Positions 1 through 10,057 of a stretch of 64,000 bases of DNA are shown piece by piece. Each line of letters opens with the position of its first letter. The first letter of the stretch is position 1. Both the position numbers and the translations under genes were made by a program. Below the pieces are notes generated by a model, which worked only from the letters and a program-made list of their open reading frames with translations, had not been told where the DNA came from and ran no database searches. Source of the stretch: a virus (Duplodnaviria > Caudoviricetes); IMG/VR virus record IMGVR_UViG_2930438282_000004, positions 18,364 through 82,363 of that record, one strand, 5' to 3'.

Positions 1-3000
1 CTGGTCACCTTGGAGACCGCGCTGTCCCACAGGCCGTTCCATGTGTTTGCGAACGACGTCCGCAGCCCAGAAATCCAGCTCATCACCGACGTCTTGGCGC
101 CGGTGAACTGCTTCCACAGCCCGGCCCAGAAGCTGTCCCACTTCGTGCGGGCGCCGTTCCACAGGCTGTTCCAGGTGTTGATGACCCAGTTCTTGAGCTG
201 GTCGAAGATCTGCTTCGTCTTCGTCCACAGGTTGGTGAACCAGTTAATGATCGCGTTGACGAGGTCGGGGATGATGCTGTGCCCGACGAGCACGTCGTAG
301 AGCCACTGGAACTTGCTGACGACCCACTGGACGCCCTTGGTGATGGCGTCCGTGAACTTGGTGATGGCGCCGATCGTCAGATCCAGCGCAGGCACCAGCG
401 TTGTGATCGCACTCGTCAGCACGCCCGTCAGCAGCTGCGCCAGGCCGACGATCAGCGGCAGCAGCGGCACGATCACCTGCATGGCCAGGTTCAGCAGCGA
501 CACCGTCAGCTGAGCGATCGGCGGGATCAGCGGGAGGATCGCGAGCAGCAGCGGCGGGAACAGGGGCGCGAGCTGGGCGAGGAACCCGCCGAGCATCTGC
601 ACGATCGGCACCAGCGCGCCGATCACCGGCATCAGCCCCTGTGCGAGAGCTGCGATGAACGGCGCCAACTGCGCGCCGAGAGCGGAGATCATCGGCGCCA
701 GGGCCTTGATGATCGCCCCGATGAGGTTGCCGATCGGCTGGAGCAGCGGCATCACCGCCCGCACCAGCTGGATGATGATGTCGCCGACGTTCTTCAGGAT
801 CGGCAGCAGCGCGGAAATGATCGGCGACAGCGCCTTGCCGAGGACCGAGGCCAGCTCGACGAGGACCGGCCCGAACTTCTCCGCCAGCTGCTGCACGACG
901 GGCGCCAGAGAGGCAAGCAGGGGCAGCGCAGCCTGGATGACTGCGCCGAGGGTGCCGGCCACCAGCTTGGCGATCGCGTTGATCGCGCTGAAAATCGACG
1001 TGAGGGCCTTCTGCACCTCGGGCATCGCGGTGATCCGGCGCAGCTCGGCGAACACCGCACCGAGCGTCCCGAGGGCGTCCCCGCCGCCGGCCGCCGCCGC
1101 CTTCATGACGTTGCCGAGCGTCCCGAGGACGTCGCCGATCAGGTGGCCGAACTGCTTACCGATGTCGATGGCCTGATCGATGATCTTTTCGAGGTGGCCG
1201 TTCTCGAAGGCTTTCGTGAGTTGCTCGCTCAGGCGCGTCGCGAATCCGCCCGCTGCGGTGGTGAGTCGCTTGAAGGCAGGAGCGGCGGCGATGCCGAGCT
1301 GGGTGATGCCGGTGAGGAACTGGCCCGGGATCTTCGACAGTGGCGCGAGTCCGCCGTTGAGTCCGGCGAACAGCTGCTTCAGCATGCCGGTCTTGCCGAG
1401 GTTGGTGACGGCGTCGAACGCGTTCTTCGCCATCGTGTTCAGGATCCCGGCCGTGCCCGTGAGTCCCTGGCGCAGCGACGGCAGGATCGCCGTGGACAAC
1501 TGCGTGAACTTCTGTCCCAGCCCAGCGAAGAGGGCGTTCTGCACGTCGAGCTTGAGGGACCGCCACGCCTCGCGCTGCGCGAGGACCGCATTCACGAACG
1601 CCCGCGCGCTCGGCGCCAGTTTCGCCAGCGCATCCGCGGTCGCCGACGTGGCCGCGGCCCCGGACCGCTGCGCGTCCGCGAGCGCCTCGGCGGCCTGGCG
1701 TGCCGCGTCCTGCGCGTCCGCGATCTGCCGTGCCCCGTCCACTGCGGCCTTCGCCGCGGCGGCCTGCGCGTCGGCCACATCCCGCTGGGCCTTCGCGATG
1801 CGCTGCGCCCCGTCCTGCTGGGTACGGGACGCCTCGATCTCCGCATCGCGCAGAGACCGCGTATCGTCGGTGACCTTCTGGTTGGCGTCGGCGATGTCCT
1901 GCTTGGCCTTGACGACCTTGTCCGAGCCCTCGACGCCAGCCTTGTTCGCTTCGTCCGTCTGCTGCTGGAGACGGGCCGTCTCGACCTTCTGCTTGTCGAG
2001 CGCCTGGACGGCCTTGTCGTACTGGAGCTGGGCCTTGTCGAGGTCCTCCTTGGAGGCGGAGGCGCCCTTCGCTTTGACGGCGGCGAGTTCCTGCTCGGCG
2101 TCCTGGAGGTCGAGGACGGCCTGCCGCTGGTCGAGCTGGGCGTCGACGAGCCTGCTGTTGAGGTCTTCGAGGTCTTGGGCTGCCTCTTTGCGGGCGTCGT
2201 TGAGGTCTTCCTGCGCCTGTCGTGCCGCGCGCTGTGCGTCGGCGAGGTCGCGTTCGGCGGAGGCGACGGACTGGGCTGCCCGCCGGTTGGCGTCGGCGAC
2301 GTCCTGGACGGTGTTCTTCAGGTTCTGTTGCGCGTCCTGGATGTCGCGGGCGGCCTTGACCCGGGCCTCGGCGGCGTTGACCTCGGCGTCCTTGACGGCC
2401 TGCTGCGCCTTGGCGAGGGAGCGTTGGGCGTTCTCGACCTTGCGGGTTGACGACTCGGCGGCGGACGCGCTCTTGGTGGCAGGGGCGAATGCCGCTTTGA
2501 AGGCGTCCCCGACTCCACTGGTGCCGATCTTGATAGCTGCGAAGGCGGCGCCCAGCGACAGGATTGCGGGCACGGCCACAGCGGCCGCCGGGCCCATGGC
2601 GATGATGGACTGCGTGAGTGACGCCAGTGTCGGCAGTGCACCAACCACGAGCGCCACCAGGCGAGCGATCGTGGACGACAGGATGCCGATGCCTCCACCG
2701 CCGCCGCCCGCACTGCCGAGGTTGGTGAGCGACCCCAGCCCCAGGGTGGTGACCCGGATCCGCGCCGTGCGGTCCCTCGCAGCGCGCGCCAGGGCGGCGT
2801 CCGCCGCCGCAGTGTCGGCGCGGGCCTGGATCGTCATCTGCCGGCGGCGCGTCAGGTTCGCAATGCTGTCGGCAGCGACTCGGGTGTCGACGTCGATGCC
2901 GATGCGGACCTGGCGCCGCTGGGTCAGGTTGCGGATCTCGTCGGCCGCTACCCGTGTGTCCACGGCGGCACGGATGTTGACAGTGCGGTCGGCGGTGAGC

Positions 3001-3299
3001 CGGTCGAGCTGGGTCTTGACCCGGTTGTAGGCCGCGTCGCTCATCTTCGGGGCGACGGTGACCTCGACGTCCTTCAGCTTCAACCTGTCGAGGGCGGTGT
3101 CGTCGAGCTTGACCTTGACGGTCGTGAGGCGCTCGCGGGTGAGCCGTTCGAGCTTGGCGAGGGCGTCTTTGTCGTCGAGGTCGACACCGATCTTGATCGA
3201 GTTCTTCTTGGACTTCAGCCGGTCCATCGCCCGGTCGTAGCCGGACTCGTCGGCGGTGACCTCGACGTACCCCTCAGCGATCCTGAAGCTACCCGCCAC
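1..3299 (-). CDS. Tape measure protein (C-terminus runs off the window)
   Basis: Open minus frame from GTG at 3299 (VAGSFRIAEGYVEVTADESGYDRAM...); Ala-rich coiled coil and W-spaced repeats; follows tail chaperones; absent from the ORF track because no stop is in the window. Confidence 0.9.
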   Translation of the reverse strand, partial: MAGSFRIAEGYVEVTADESGYDRAMDRLKSKKNSIKIGVDLDDKDALAKLERLTRERLTTVKVKLDDTALDRLKLKDVEVTVAPKMSDAAYNRVKTQLDRLTADRTVNIRAAVDTRVAADEIRNLTQRRQVRIGIDVDTRVAADSIANLTRRRQMTIQARADTAAADAALARAARDRTARIRVTTLGLGSLTNLGSAGGGGGGIGILSSTIARLVALVVGALPTLASLTQSIIAMGPAAAVAVPAILSLGAAFAAIKIGTSGVGDAFKAAFAPATKSASAAESSTRKVENAQRSLAKAQQAVKDAEVNAAEARVKAARDIQDAQQNLKNTVQDVADANRRAAQSVASAERDLADAQRAARQAQEDLNDARKEAAQDLEDLNSRLVDAQLDQRQAVLDLQDAEQELAAVKAKGASASKEDLDKAQLQYDKAVQALDKQKVETARLQQQTDEANKAGVEGSDKVVKAKQDIADANQKVTDDTRSLRDAEIEASRTQQDGAQRIAKAQRDVADAQAAAAKAAVDGARQIADAQDAARQAAEALADAQRSGAAATSATADALAKLAPSARAFVNAVLAQREAWRSLKLDVQNALFAGLGQKFTQLSTAILPSLRQGLTGTAGILNTMAKNAFDAVTNLGKTGMLKQLFAGLNGGLAPLSKIPGQFLTGITQLGIAAAPAFKRLTTAAGGFATRLSEQLTKAFENGHLEKIIDQAIDIGKQFGHLIGDVLGTLGNVMKAAAAGGGDALGTLGAVFAELRRITAMPEVQKALTSIFSAINAIAKLVAGTLGAVIQAALPLLASLAPVVQQLAEKFGPVLVELASVLGKALSPIISALLPILKNVGDIIIQLVRAVMPLLQPIGNLIGAIIKALAPMISALGAQLAPFIAALAQGLMPVIGALVPIVQMLGGFLAQLAPLFPPLLLAILPLIPPIAQLTVSLLNLAMQVIVPLLPLIVGLAQLLTGVLTSAITTLVPALDLTIGAITKFTDAITKGVQWVVSKFQWLYDVLVGHSIIPDLVNAIINWFTNLWTKTKQIFDQLKNWVINTWNSLWNGARTKWDSFWAGLWKQFTGAKTSVMSWISGLRTSFANTWNGLWDSAVSKVT

Positions 3300-3660
3300 C
3301 TTCGCTTCCTCCAACCGACACGAGCCCCGGGAACTTGGCCCGGAATTGGGTCAGCGAGACTTCGGCCGTCTCGCCTGCGCCCTGCCTGGTGGGCGGGGCG
3401 GTGCTGCTCGTGCGGGTTGGGGTGGGACTGGTGGGTTGCTGTTCTTCGCGTTCTTCCTCGACGCGGGCCGTCATCACGCCCTGGTAGGCGGTCAGCCGGT
3501 GGGCGAGTGCGAAGTAGCGGGGCCCGTCGACCTCTTGCTCATGGAGGTCGATGCCGTAGATCGCCAGGAAGTCGGCGTCGATGTCCTCTTGGTGGTCGAG
3601 GACCCAGACGATCTGTTCCAGCCGTTCGGCCAGTCCAGTCGTCCACGTCAGCGGGCTTTT
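3289..3660 (-). CDS. Tail assembly chaperone, -1 frameshift extension (gpGT-like)
   Basis: The -1 frame after slippery GGGAAAA stays open (SPLTWTTGLAERLEQIVWVLDHQEDIDADFLAIYG...) to the stop at 3289. Confidence 0.8.
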   Translation of the reverse strand, partial: KSPLTWTTGLAERLEQIVWVLDHQEDIDADFLAIYGIDLHEQEVDGPRYFALAHRLTAYQGVMTARVEEEREEQQPTSPTPTRTSSTAPPTRQGAGETAEVSLTQFRAKFPGLVSVGGSEGGG

Positions 3661-4055
3661 CCCCCCTTGACCTCAGCCTTGCCGAAGGCGATCTTCTGGG
3701 CCATGTCGAGGATCTTCTGCATCTGCTGGTCGTCGAGCGTCGGGCACTGCTCGAGCGCCGAGTAAGCCTCCGGGCCGAGTAGCCGCTCCAGCAGGCGGAC
3801 GGCCGCGACCTGTTCGCCGTGCTCGCGGCCGATCCGCAGGAACTCCAGGGCGATGCCCTGCGGGACCCTGCGGGGAACGGTGTAGACCTCGCCGTCGATC
3901 GAGAACAGGGCGACACGGTCCTCGTCCTCGACCGTGCTGGTGAGTTCTACGAGCTCGTACTCCTCGTCGACGAGGGGAACGGGCTTGGCCGCGGCACGCT
4001 TGCGGGCGCGGGCCGTGGTGCCCTGACGAGTGGTGGACCGGGTGGTGGATGCCAT
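3648..4055 (-). CDS. Tail assembly chaperone (gpG-like)
   Basis: Lies between tail tube and tape measure; ends ...KGGKAR over a slippery site. Confidence 0.85.
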   Translation of the reverse strand: MASTTRSTTRQGTTARARKRAAAKPVPLVDEEYELVELTSTVEDEDRVALFSIDGEVYTVPRRVPQGIALEFLRIGREHGEQVAAVRLLERLLGPEAYSALEQCPTLDDQQMQKILDMAQKIAFGKAEVKGGKAR

Positions 4056-4096
4056 GGGTGGTGCTCCTCGCTACGGACAGGGACGGTGGTGTCGAC

Positions 4097-4657
4097 TCAG
4101 CTGGTCTGGTCGACGATGTGGAACGGCGTGATGCTGTTGCTGACGTAGTGGCCGGCGAACTTCGCCGGGATCAGCGTCTGCTTGTCCTTCGTGTAGGCCA
4201 GCTCGCTGCTGTCGGTGTTGAGCATGCGGCGCCCGATGACGCGCCGCCGGAACTGGTTGGGCGCGTAGCCGTCCATGATTACGGCGAAGTAGTTCGGCTG
4301 CGTGGCGCTGGACGTGACGTTCGGGTCGAACGACTTCCAGCCCGCGCCGCTCGCAGCAGTACCACCGTTGAGGGTGAGCGACAGGTTCTCCAGCGTCGCC
4401 TCCGCCAGGGAGGTCTCGATGGTGAAGTCCTGCTTCGTCAGCCGGCTGCCGACGCGCAGGGTGATCTGGTCGACCTCCAGCTCCGAGTACGTCTGGTCGA
4501 CGGACAGCTTGACGCCGTCCTGCGTGCCACCCAGGTCCGTCCAGCTGGACGCGGCCGGGGTCGTGTTGACCTGGGTGTCGGTCGGCTCGGTTGCGCCGAA
4601 GGCACCCGAGTACAGGGTCGCCGGCCCCTGAATGAGCGCGGTCGTGGTAACGGCCAT
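4097..4657 (-). CDS. Major tail tube protein
   Basis: WTDLGGTQDGV motif, size and position. Confidence 0.85.
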   Translation of the reverse strand: MAVTTTALIQGPATLYSGAFGATEPTDTQVNTTPAASSWTDLGGTQDGVKLSVDQTYSELEVDQITLRVGSRLTKQDFTIETSLAEATLENLSLTLNGGTAASGAGWKSFDPNVTSSATQPNYFAVIMDGYAPNQFRRRVIGRRMLNTDSSELAYTKDKQTLIPAKFAGHYVSNSITPFHIVDQTS

Positions 4658-4660
4658 GGG

Positions 4661-4843
4661 TCAGCTCTCCTTGCTGGTGCTGGACTTCTTGGCGGCCGCC
4701 GGGATGGCGGTCTGCGGAGCAGGCTCGGGCGCGGGCGTCGGGGAGTCGTCGACGAGGAGGCCCTGCGCGCTCAGGTCGGCGGCCTCGATGTCGTCGACCT
4801 CGATCTCCTGGTCGGGGCGCATCGTCGTGCGGATTTTCGGCAT
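4661..4843 (-). CDS. Small phage hypothetical protein
   Basis: MPKIRTTMRPDQEIEV...; translationally coupled within the operon. Confidence 0.7.
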   Translation of the reverse strand: MPKIRTTMRPDQEIEVDDIEAADLSAQGLLVDDSPTPAPEPAPQTAIPAAAKKSSTSKES

Positions 4844-5073
4844 CAGGGGTAGTCCTCTCGGCGAAGCGGGAAGCGGTGGTGGCTGAACTGGGGGAGCAGG
4901 GGCAGCGCGATGGTCTGCTCGGGCGGGACGCTGCGCGGGCACTCGACGATGCGGATGTCTCCGGCGAGGAGGAACTCCAGCTCCCCGCGCGAGCTGTGGA
5001 CGATGACGCGCCCGTTCCAGGTGAGGAGGTCACCGCCGAGGGTGTCGGCCTGGATGGCGTAGCGGCCGCTCAT
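4843..5073 (-). CDS. Small phage hypothetical protein
   Basis: MSGRYAIQADTLGG...; ATGA overlap with the upstream gene. Confidence 0.7.
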   Translation of the reverse strand: MSGRYAIQADTLGGDLLTWNGRVIVHSSRGELEFLLAGDIRIVECPRSVPPEQTIALPLLPQFSHHRFPLRREDYP

Positions 5074-5537
5074 GACGGCAGCTCCGTCCACGCGACGACC
5101 AGGCCGGGGATGTCGTAGCGGGCGTACGACGACGAGTCGTCGGTGATACGGCGGGGGTCACCGGTGACGTAGGCCGACTTGACCTGCACGCTCGGGTATC
5201 CGGCAGGCAGGGCGAGGGCGGTCCTCGGAACGTTCGGGTGGTCGAGCGTGGCGGCGACGATCGTCTCCGCCAGGTTGGAGGCTTTCCCCCACGGCGGCTT
5301 CTGCGAGTCGGGGTTGAGGGCCCAGCAGGAGAGGCCCACGACCGGGTCGCGGAGCGGCACGTAGATGTTCGGGCTGCCACCCGCCACCACGAGGGTGACG
5401 AACCCGGACGCGGCCCAGGTGATCGAGCCGTCCTTGCCGCGCTTGGGCAGGGTGGTGGCGACGATGTCGCCGACGATGGTCTTCAGCCAGGCGGTAGCGA
5501 CCAGCTCGGGGGTGGCGCGGAGCACGGGAGTCGTCAC
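5070..5537 (-). CDS. Tail terminator/completion protein
   Basis: Position just before the tail tube; GTGA coupling. Confidence 0.65.
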   Translation of the reverse strand: MTTPVLRATPELVATAWLKTIVGDIVATTLPKRGKDGSITWAASGFVTLVVAGGSPNIYVPLRDPVVGLSCWALNPDSQKPPWGKASNLAETIVAATLDHPNVPRTALALPAGYPSVQVKSAYVTGDPRRITDDSSSYARYDIPGLVVAWTELPS

Positions 5538-5905
5538 GGCGTCCTCCGCTGGAAGAGGGCCGGGCGCAGGTACGGCATCGGCGACGTGCCGGGGTGGTTG
5601 ACGCGCGCTACCGGGTGGTCGGCGTCCGGCCACGACAATGCCTTCTTGTTCCGCGGCGTGATCACGTGCGGGGGAGTGCCCAGCTCAACGTCGGTGGCGT
5701 AGTTGCAGTCCAGCGAGCCGACCCGCAGCACCTTGTCGTGGACCTCGGAGCGGAGGCTGTCGTGCAGGCGGCCGGACCGCTTGTGCACGTAGTTACGGGC
5801 GTCGCCGAGGATGGCCGGGCCGATGACGTCGTCCAGCCAGTCGTTGATCGCCGCGTCGACATGCGCGCGCGCGGACGGATCGATCCGCACACCGGATCGC
5901 GCCAT
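5534..5905 (-). CDS. HK97 gp10-like tail component
   Basis: SGRLHDSL...YATDVELGT...HPGT..PYLRPAL signature. Confidence 0.85.
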   Translation of the reverse strand: MARSGVRIDPSARAHVDAAINDWLDDVIGPAILGDARNYVHKRSGRLHDSLRSEVHDKVLRVGSLDCNYATDVELGTPPHVITPRNKKALSWPDADHPVARVNHPGTSPMPYLRPALFQRRTP

Positions 5906-5975
5906 GGCCGCCTCCTCTCCGGGGGTGGTCGTTCGGTGGCCTGCCCGGTCTCCCCGGACGTGATGGCCTGTGCTG

Positions 5976-6305
5976 TTAGGTGGTGCGCCGCAGGTCGAGC
6001 CGCCTGTCGACGGTGAGTGCGGGGGTGTCCATCGCCGACACGGCTTCGACGATGTAGATCGCTCCGGTGCGCTGGTCACGCACCCGGTCTTGGTCGGTGA
6101 CGTCGGTGTTCGCCGGGACCCGGGCCACGGCGTACCGGACGATCCGCGGGGTCGGGTTCTCGCGGGTGGTGACCCTGCGGGTCTGCTCGACGAGCGAGGC
6201 CGGGATGCCCGACGCGATGGGGGTGTTGGTGTCTTTCTCGTCGCCGAACTCGTCGGTAGTGGTGCCGCGGAGGATCTCAACCTGGGTGGTGGCGATGGCC
6301 TGCAT
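5976..6305 (-). CDS. Head closure / head-tail joining protein
   Basis: DEFGD motif, size and position. Confidence 0.7.
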   Translation of the reverse strand: MQAIATTQVEILRGTTTDEFGDEKDTNTPIASGIPASLVEQTRRVTTRENPTPRIVRYAVARVPANTDVTDQDRVRDQRTGAIYIVEAVSAMDTPALTVDRRLDLRRTT

Positions 6306-6751
6306 CACGCACCCCCCGTGTACGGCGCCCAGTCCAGGTGGTCGTCCGCTCCGTCCGAAAGTGCGTCCCCGACGATCGGGCCGGCGCCCTCGACGGCAGA
6401 GCGGATGTGCACGGTCCGGGACCGCATCCACGACACCCGTCGCAGCGCGCGGGCGGCCATGGGTGCGAGGACCAGGCCGTCGCCTTGCAGCGTGGTGGAG
6501 ACCTGGTCTTGCTGGATCTGCGTGGCATCCAGCCGCGTTTCCAGCCCGAACTGGCCTGCAATCCAGGCGGCTTGGTAGGCGACGGCCTGGCCCAGCCAGT
6601 GGAGGTCACGCGTGCGCATCCGGTCCTTGTCCGGGTAGATGCGGTTGCTGAAGACCTCGATGGCGGCCTGCGCCTGGGCAAGCTGCTGGTCCGTCACCGT
6701 GACGCCCGTGGCGTTGGTGACGTCCTCTGCGCTGGCCCAGGCGTTGACCAT
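6305..6751 (-). CDS. Head-to-tail adaptor
   Basis: WASAEDV...AVAYQAAW pattern downstream of the capsid gene. Confidence 0.7.
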   Translation of the reverse strand: MVNAWASAEDVTNATGVTVTDQQLAQAQAAIEVFSNRIYPDKDRMRTRDLHWLGQAVAYQAAWIAGQFGLETRLDATQIQQDQVSTTLQGDGLVLAPMAARALRRVSWMRSRTVHIRSAVEGAGPIVGDALSDGADDHLDWAPYTGGA

Positions 6752-6752
6752 G

Positions 6753-7145
6753 TCAGTCGCCCTTGCCGCTGGTGTCGCCGCCATCGGCGTCGATGACGTC
6801 GCGCGGCGTGGTGGTCTCGGCGGGCTGTTGTTCGACCGAGGCGGGAACCGTCTCCACCGAGTAGGCGAGGGTCAGCGACACCCCGTCGGGGTGCTCCTCC
6901 TGCCCGTCGAAGGACACATCGCCGCGCGGGTGCAGACCACGCTGGATCGCCTCGCCCACAGTGGCGGCGCGGTTCGCCTCGTGCTGGTAGTCCTCGCCAG
7001 TCCACCGCGCGGCCAGAACGACGAACTCCTTGCGGTGCCGGGTGCCCTCGCTGCCATCAGGAGACCGCTTGTCGACCTCGACCTCCGGCTCGCCGGCCTT
7101 CGCCGGATGCTGCCGGGCTGCCGCGGTCTTCTTTGCCTGTGCCAT
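6753..7145 (-). CDS. Phage hypothetical protein
   Basis: GGAGG RBS; lies within the structural operon. Confidence 0.7.
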   Translation of the reverse strand: MAQAKKTAAARQHPAKAGEPEVEVDKRSPDGSEGTRHRKEFVVLAARWTGEDYQHEANRAATVGEAIQRGLHPRGDVSFDGQEEHPDGVSLTLAYSVETVPASVEQQPAETTTPRDVIDADGGDTSGKGD

Positions 7146-7154
7146 GGCTCACCT

Positions 7155-7201
7155 CCCTGCCTGCTGCCTGCACCGCCCCCGAGCCGAAAGGCGGTGCAGG
7201 A
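7155..7201 (-). terminator. Hairpin after the capsid gene
   Basis: CCTGCACCGCC...GGCGGTGCAGG inverted repeat. Confidence 0.55.
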
Positions 7202-7210
7202 GAGAGGGGG

Positions 7211-8125
7211 TCAGCCGACGAGGATGGACGCGCCGTTGGGGTGGCCGTAGGCCCATCCGCGGCGGGCGCGCATCTTCAGGATCGACTCGTCGGTGAGGGC
7301 GGACAGACCGTCGCGGCCGTCGATGAACACCGACTCGGGGCCGCTACGGCGGCCGAGGAGCATGAGCTCCGGGTTGACGAACGCCATGATCGGGCGTCCG
7401 GTCGGCGCGCTGCTGGCCGTGGCCGCGAGGCGGGCGCCGAGGCTCCAGCGGATCGGGACACTGAAGATCGTGTCCGGGGTGCCGTTCAGGCCCTCGACGA
7501 AGATGGGCCGGTTCTGGCTGTCGAGGACACCGCGCAGGTACTTGCGGAAAGCGGGCGCGGCGATCGCATACATGTTGCCCGGGTCGAAGTAGTCGCCGTT
7601 CTCGACGTTGCCGACGGCGGTGGAGAACTCGCCGTAGGTGGGCACGCCCGCGGACGCGGCGGTGGTGATGTTCGCGCCGCCGGTGTAGCCGAGGTTGTTG
7701 TCGGTGGTGTTCAGCAGCTGGTAGAGGCTGGTGAACGGGACCGTTGTGCCGTTCTCGGCGGCGCTGACGGCGAGGGACGAGTTGTCGAGGATCTTCGCGT
7801 AGCTCTTCGACCAGCCGAGCATCTTCGCTTCGATGACGTTGGCCACCGAGTCGTCGATGTCCTCCTCGGCGATGCGCGCGGCCTTACCGAACTTGCGGGC
7901 CGTCAGAAGCACCTCGTCGTTCAGCGAGGTGTCCTCGCCGTAGGCGCCGCCCTTGGCGACCACATCGACGCCCATGCCCGCGGTGCGCGGCACATGCTTG
8001 GTGTCGGAGGTCATGGTGATCGGGGAGGCGAGAGCCTCGACCGCGGAGATCTGAAGTACGGATGCGACGACCTTGGACGTCTCCCACTCTTCGGGGATCC
8101 AGGCCTCAAGGGTGTTGCGTGCCAC
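7211..8125 (-). CDS. Major capsid protein (HK97 fold)
   Basis: 304 aa; IPEE...LTARKFG...DSQNRPIF pattern. Confidence 0.92.
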   Translation of the reverse strand: MARNTLEAWIPEEWETSKVVASVLQISAVEALASPITMTSDTKHVPRTAGMGVDVVAKGGAYGEDTSLNDEVLLTARKFGKAARIAEEDIDDSVANVIEAKMLGWSKSYAKILDNSSLAVSAAENGTTVPFTSLYQLLNTTDNNLGYTGGANITTAASAGVPTYGEFSTAVGNVENGDYFDPGNMYAIAAPAFRKYLRGVLDSQNRPIFVEGLNGTPDTIFSVPIRWSLGARLAATASSAPTGRPIMAFVNPELMLLGRRSGPESVFIDGRDGLSALTDESILKMRARRGWAYGHPNGASILVG

Positions 8126-8259
8126 GGTGGCCCTCCTGCGGGCGTCGTGATGGGGGAGCGTCTGGCGGCTCGGGCCCCATCACGGGCGCCTGCAAGCAAG
8201 GGCGGTGGCTGCTTCGATCACCGAAGCAATTCACCTGGTGATGAATATACCTCGCTAGG

Positions 8260-8991
8260 TCAAGCCCTACCCAGGAGCCGGGCTGCGTGGATCTCGGCCG
8301 TGGACTTCGGCTTCTCCTGCGCGGGCTGCCGAGGAGCGCCGGTCGGCCGGGCTTTGGGCTTCGGCTTGTCCTGCGGCAGCAATTCCGGGTACTCGGCCTT
8401 GACCCGGTCCACCTCGGCCTCGGCGCCGATGAGTTCGCCTTCGTCGTCGACGGTGATGGCGTCCCAGTCGATGAGCTTCATCAGCCGGTCCGGCGCGGTG
8501 AACCCGGCCTCGGCCAGGGCCGCGCGGACGCCGGACTTCTTCATCGGCTCCCGGAACCGCTTCTCGCCCTCCTCGCGCGCCTCCCGCAGGGCCTTTTCGT
8601 GGTCCGTCTCGTTCTCGCGGGCGGCATCCTCCAGCTCCTTGTTGCGGAGCCGGTGCCTCTTCCCGTCGTCGTTGGCCTTCTTCAGCGCGGTCTGGGTGCG
8701 CCGCCACTCCGCCTCGGTCGGCGGCTTCCACGGCTCCGGGTCGTCCTTCTTCGCCGCGGGCTTGGGCTTCGGCTTGTCGTCCGGCTCCGGGTCGTTGTTC
8801 TCGGGCTGCGGGTCGGAGTCGTCGGCGGGGTCGGGCTCCGGGTCGTCGTCGACCTCGATGTCTGGCTCGTCGTCGGGCTCGGCGCCTCCGGCGATGATGT
8901 GGATCGGACGGCCGTCGGCGCGGTAGCCGAGGATCGTGCCCGGCGGAAGGCTGATGCCGGGGAGCTGCTCGAGTGTGGTGTGGATGCCCAT
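8260..8991 (-). CDS. Scaffolding protein
   Basis: Acidic Pro/Asp N-terminus, coiled coil, directly upstream of capsid. Confidence 0.85.
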   Translation of the reverse strand: MGIHTTLEQLPGISLPPGTILGYRADGRPIHIIAGGAEPDDEPDIEVDDDPEPDPADDSDPQPENNDPEPDDKPKPKPAAKKDDPEPWKPPTEAEWRRTQTALKKANDDGKRHRLRNKELEDAARENETDHEKALREAREEGEKRFREPMKKSGVRAALAEAGFTAPDRLMKLIDWDAITVDDEGELIGAEAEVDRVKAEYPELLPQDKPKPKARPTGAPRQPAQEKPKSTAEIHAARLLGRA

Positions 8992-9043
8992 CTGGTGTTC
9001 TCCCATCACGGGTTGGCGGCGGCCCATCGGCGGGCGACCATGG

Positions 9044-10057
9044 TCATGCGGCGGCCGGGAAGCGGCCGGTGCGGAGTGCGGTGCGGGCCGTGGATTCGAC
9101 TGCGGGCAGCAGGTCGTCGACGGTCCGCAGGAGTTCCCTCGCTGCGCGCAGGCGGACTGTGCGGGACTCCGACGGGCGGCCGGTGCCGTAGCCGATGGAG
9201 CGTTCGGCCTCGCGGCGCAGCGCCTCCGGGAACGGGATGCCGTCCGGGCGCCAGTCGTCGTTCCAGGGGACGGCGCGGCAGCGGCAGTGCGCGTGCAGCG
9301 GCGGCCCGTCCACACCCACGGCGCGGGTACGCCGCTGGCGGGGATCCCACGACAGACCGCCCGGGAACGGCTCGCCGGCCTTGACGACCCGGCCGGTGTA
9401 GGCCAGGCACCGGACGCACGCGTCCGCCTCCGACACCCACACCCGCAGCGGCGCCATCGCCTGCACCACCACGTCCAGCCCCTGGTGGACGGCGGAGTTG
9501 ATGACCCATGCGACGTGCGCTCGCACCGCAGGCAACGCGGCCCTGGCGGCGCCGAGCCCGGCCAGCAGGTGCGACCAGCGCGTCACCCGGTCCGGATGCA
9601 GCAAATGCAGCGCCCGGTCACGGCGCTCGACGACCAGCTCCCGGATGCGGTGCGCCTCATCGCGCAGCAGCCGGCTCACGGCCGGCACGCGCGGTTCGCG
9701 ACGGCGGCCGGACGCAGCCCGCATGAACTCCGTCCCCTGCCGCACCCCCAACCCCAGGGCCGGACCGAGCCCGTCGGCGAGAGCAGCAGGCGCCCGGTCG
9801 GCGACATCGGCGAGCAGCCGGCGCACCGCTGCCTGCGCCGTCGCGAGGATCTGCCGGAGCACGTCCGATGAGGCGGCCGACCGATGGGGCCCGCCGAACG
9901 CGCGGATCCACGCGGCCAGCATGCGGCGGATCAGTTCCTCGAACGCCCGGTCCACACCGCGCAGCGCGCGGGAGGCGATGCCGTCCTCCAGGGCGATGAC
10001 GTCACCGGTGTGGTCGTCCTGCACCAGGTGGATGAGGCGGTCGCTGGAGTACGGCAT
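9044..10057 (-). CDS. MuF-like minor capsid protein
   Basis: ACVRC...PPLHAHCRC motif after portal. Confidence 0.85.
   Translation of the reverse strand: MPYSSDRLIHLVQDDHTGDVIALEDGIASRALRGVDRAFEELIRRMLAAWIRAFGGPHRSAASSDVLRQILATAQAAVRRLLADVADRAPAALADGLGPALGLGVRQGTEFMRAASGRRREPRVPAVSRLLRDEAHRIRELVVERRDRALHLLHPDRVTRWSHLLAGLGAARAALPAVRAHVAWVINSAVHQGLDVVVQAMAPLRVWVSEADACVRCLAYTGRVVKAGEPFPGGLSWDPRQRRTRAVGVDGPPLHAHCRCRAVPWNDDWRPDGIPFPEALRREAERSIGYGTGRPSESRTVRLRAARELLRTVDDLLPAVESTARTALRTGRFPAAA

Noticed and set aside
279-3030. Long plus-strand ORFs (723 and 616 aa)
   Set aside because: Antisense shadows of the tape measure gene, typical of high-GC DNA; the same applies to 7133-8926, 10372-11700, 11844-13574 and 55587-57158
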